Origin: Caecitellus pseudoparvulus
Taxonomy: Eukaryota; Protista; Bigyra: Bicosoecida
Reading direction: 5' to 3'
Length of the DNA stretch: 64,000 bases
NCBI GenBank assembly: GCA_965644315.1
Contig: CBFFRQ010000054.1
Span: 124,001 to 188,000 of the forward strand
Made by a program: the position numbers and the translations under genes
Shown here: positions 63,301-64,000 of the stretch, piece after piece
Layout: every line of letters begins with the position of its first letter
Numbering within the stretch: position 1 is the stretch's first letter
The notes under the pieces: model-generated
Database searches by the model: none
What the model saw: the letters and a program-made list of their open reading frames with translations, nothing else
What the model was told of the DNA's origin: nothing

Positions 63301-64000
63301 AGGCGGGTCATGGAGCAGCGACCACTGCCGCCGACGCCCACGAGCACAGCGTGGCCGCCTGGCTGGCTGAGAACACGTGCGATGCGCAGCAGGTGTTCTG
63401 TTCCGTACTGGAACAGAACAATGCCTTTCAGGGGCGAGCCGGGTGTGTCCCGCAAGATAGCTCCCAGGGCTGCCTCTGCCACCCGCCGCACTACCAGCAC
63501 ACCCCCAGTGGTGGGTGGTGCTGGGTTTGCCAGGGGGGCAGACGGCTGCAGGGGCGCCGCGGAGGAACGGCGCCGGGCAGAGGCTGCCTTGGAGAAGTCC
63601 CCACTCGCGTCCAGGTCCACGCTCTGCCCCAGGATGTCCCCCCGCGCGCCGGGGCTGGCCAGCGGCCCGCGCCCAGCAGCCGCACTCCACTCGGCCAGGA
63701 GCTCAGCCTCCTCCTCCCCAGCTCGCAGCCACGCCAGGGCAGTGTCCAGAGCCGCAGGCTCTGCCTCTTCGTCTCGCAACGCCAGGGGCACTGGCTGGTA
63801 CCACGTTCGGCGAGGTGAGATGGGCAGGCCGTCCTCGTGCACGTCCAGTGTGTGCAGGAGGGGCGAGAAGGAGGTGAGGGCCGATGCAGGCAAAGCGGAG
63901 GCGGGATCAGGGCCCGCCGCTGCCTCGCCGTCCAGCCCACATGCCATGAGCCCCGGGCGCAGGCGCCGCAGGAGCAGGGGCAGGAGGCTGTCTGGTGCTC
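57306..64000 (-). CDS. Axonemal dynein heavy chain, C-terminal part (AAA4, stalk/MTBD, AAA5, AAA6, C-domain); 5' end is outside the window; probably outer-arm gamma (DNAH5/8)-like
   Basis: GHAVLVGVGGSGR, TPKSYL, GGLAKL, WVRAM..Y, LAGERARW, GLPSDDLSMQN, RYPLLIDPQGQA, DFTVT..GLEEQLL, YRPVATRG, GHWVCLQNCHL, ERRKYGPL, QYGGRITD, YGLHPNAD, HWVLRGVALLC. The frame is open to the window edge. Confidence 0.96.
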   Translation of the reverse strand, partial: APDSLLPLLLRRLRPGLMACGLDGEAAAGPDPASALPASALTSFSPLLHTLDVHEDGLPISPRRTWYQPVPLALRDEEAEPAALDTALAWLRAGEEEAELLAEWSAAAGRGPLASPGARGDILGQSVDLDASGDFSKAASARRRSSAAPLQPSAPLANPAPPTTGGVLVVRRVAEAALGAILRDTPGSPLKGIVLFQYGTEHLLRIARVLSQPGGHAVLVGVGGSGRCSMTRLAAYMLGMEFRKPVASRAYTRGQWLDDLRKVCRQAGGGSGRGVVLFLTEAAFGDAAWMGDVHTIMCAGMLPGLFNKEELTMVLTELSATGGPEAQAADSTQALTSLFASRVKRNLHVVYGIAPMVAGAAGDGPTGPLDTFASLSMTFPALLSRCVVDFHMPWPTEALVEVAHASVSALPALAPPLQLSRTPAAGARPPPGGWPDVAAQAFDERDLSVGSGAGGTLMGQGVQDGQLTPLAAAAGAALLQHLAQVHADAVAMARAYSNATGRFVTFTPKSYLALLTAFGSLFKRGMADIQEQEARVRGGLAKLAKGAEDVEVMQVQLEGKMTVVAAKQRECAGVLQELQVEAADAERENEVVTSIKAQCEERAAGIAEERDVAEADLAAAKPFLDAAEEAVNKITSSALVELKAMQSPQPIIRIVFDGVLLLMNLPAVRVAPTTYALGATRSAKRQVDFLRDSFPHAKKLLLNDVNFIKRLMSFSADQRDLINDETIELLTPYVELPEFSPDVARNASVAAEGLLLWVRAMVMYHGAAKIVRPKLEALQVATVQLHNAEAELQRATDRLAVCEARVADLKASYDVQMEEKHEIEEDALATRKTMERAQSLLASLAGERARWQQDQRAFRARMGRLPGDCTLIAAFLTYAGPLDAEHRTRFLQATVVPGSVTRFLPVTLVSGSGDATVGGATLPRLTDMLGSVLSDLGTMGDWKLKGLPSDDLSMQNALLVMTGPHHGKRYPLLIDPQGQAVEWVRRTTAAQREATSRRIAAHVAELREREASSLVAAAVEGAGTSKYFVPLGAEGVKVHTPRTPRLRECMEMALREGWTVLLKDIGSEAPGLLQPLLNRAFVTRGSRVEVKLGGSEVPVEVHPDFALFLATVSGNPAFSPDLQASCTLVDFTVTQGGLEEQLLGRVIRAEEAELEEQLQGVLTSLTDNTKAMSQLDDALLARLAESEHANLLEDDELMGVLADIKSKSSDVAVKLATATATRTRIERQREVYRPVATRGAVLFVATRDMAAVQHMYQTSLDQFLELFGTALRTATPATFPEVRVGNLVQRLTHDVLTYVSSGLFVEHKVAYRLSFLFRALTTALRAPSSLYALLVTPTSGLAAAANSASSLAPDLRKWLNVTAGGRGAATLTPRPNPTDFLSDTEWANLLGVAAAIPALASLPEMLVRHSGVWEEWMQSPAPEALHMGTAEAFITTEGSVGEVWRLFAVRCLRVDRTVPCVYQVFNRLQFFTPMQYLPKGQAPPGLGGGGRRTLGSGAEAAFTAGSIVGRVADIAAFVGVPEVRDDETLLRPSLTIPLLGPDILEEMAVEGNLPDLLQSTPSHVPLLLIVAPGHDPFASLLQIAKRRKLTLTSVGMGEGTGPAATAAINEAVAGGHWVCLQNCHLAVAYLSKLPQIVANAHKLAAGTGGGSGDSGEGFRLLLSALPHPDFPTALLQRARKVTVEPPSGLRSGLMRLFHSTIDQRTLEAVDSDAWRRLVYSLCFLHVACMERRKYGPLAWSISYDFTEGDLQAMLMFLERHMVGRGAGGRGGVARHPGGPVDFPTLRHMLGEVQYGGRITDQWDARTFSALSGRWMSPGTFSSGFTFLPAEPLTPLPEGYTFTIPVGTEIDTYRDALLHMPAWGTPEVYGLHPNADRTHRVGQAEDLLQQVVTLTPTGPGGSGESDPSSGGGYGTAVASRAAAVLADMPPRFDVDAAMAALSLQGGLSVPLNLVMFQEVQQLNIVIDTVSQQLHQVQLAVRGEFPMSDTLAATGVQLERGAVPAWWITAPSGDEISWRATSLSTWCDGLTKRAHELSAYLARGRPTSFWLTGLLNPRAFITAMKQEVCRTQGGASPLFGKGAGRPSQRAAASTGENWALDKLELVTAVQGVLDPEHISFRMVPGEGVLVHGLTLQGACWSVRGGSLTEAPHGTLWSPLPVLKLTACPPGTARKEGGAGRSGVSGGQFACPCYVYKTRTAERLVFVATLPSGLQRPEHWVLRGVALLCNTDV

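Noticed and set aside
1-64000. Prokaryotic operons, CRISPR arrays, tRNA/rRNA genes, endogenous virophage/Polinton genes
   Set aside because: None recognised by eye; the sequence is intron-containing nuclear DNA with no capsid, pPolB or integrase motifs seen.

Overview
Gene-dense, GC-rich eukaryotic DNA with short (mostly 60-90 nt) GT-AG introns, so many ORF-track entries are partial exons. An aureochrome-type bZIP-LOV gene and an axonemal dynein point to a flagellated stramenopile (inference). There are about 24 protein genes: LACS, WDR83/MORG1, ASH2-like SPRY, RPS10, RCC1-repeat, DoxX-like, a large TPR protein, Pin1, PIG-Q, zf-CW, a divergent SMC, CD2BP2, a secreted beta-helix protein, UER1/NRS-ER, OGT, aureochrome, a multi-CH protein, GT77, a methyltransferase, three modular glycosyltransferase paralogs, a hAT transposase and a partial dynein heavy chain. 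The window also holds a 3,366-bp hAT transposon with 27-bp TIRs and a U1 snRNA the ORF track cannot show (37322-~37483). The most unusual structure is the glycosyltransferase family: two copies 29 kb apart share ~96% identical DNA blocks that alternate sharply with unalignable segments around the catalytic site. This suggests gene-conversion mosaicism or specificity-cassette swapping, within a region rich in glycan-building genes. All identity counts and splice models were made by hand.
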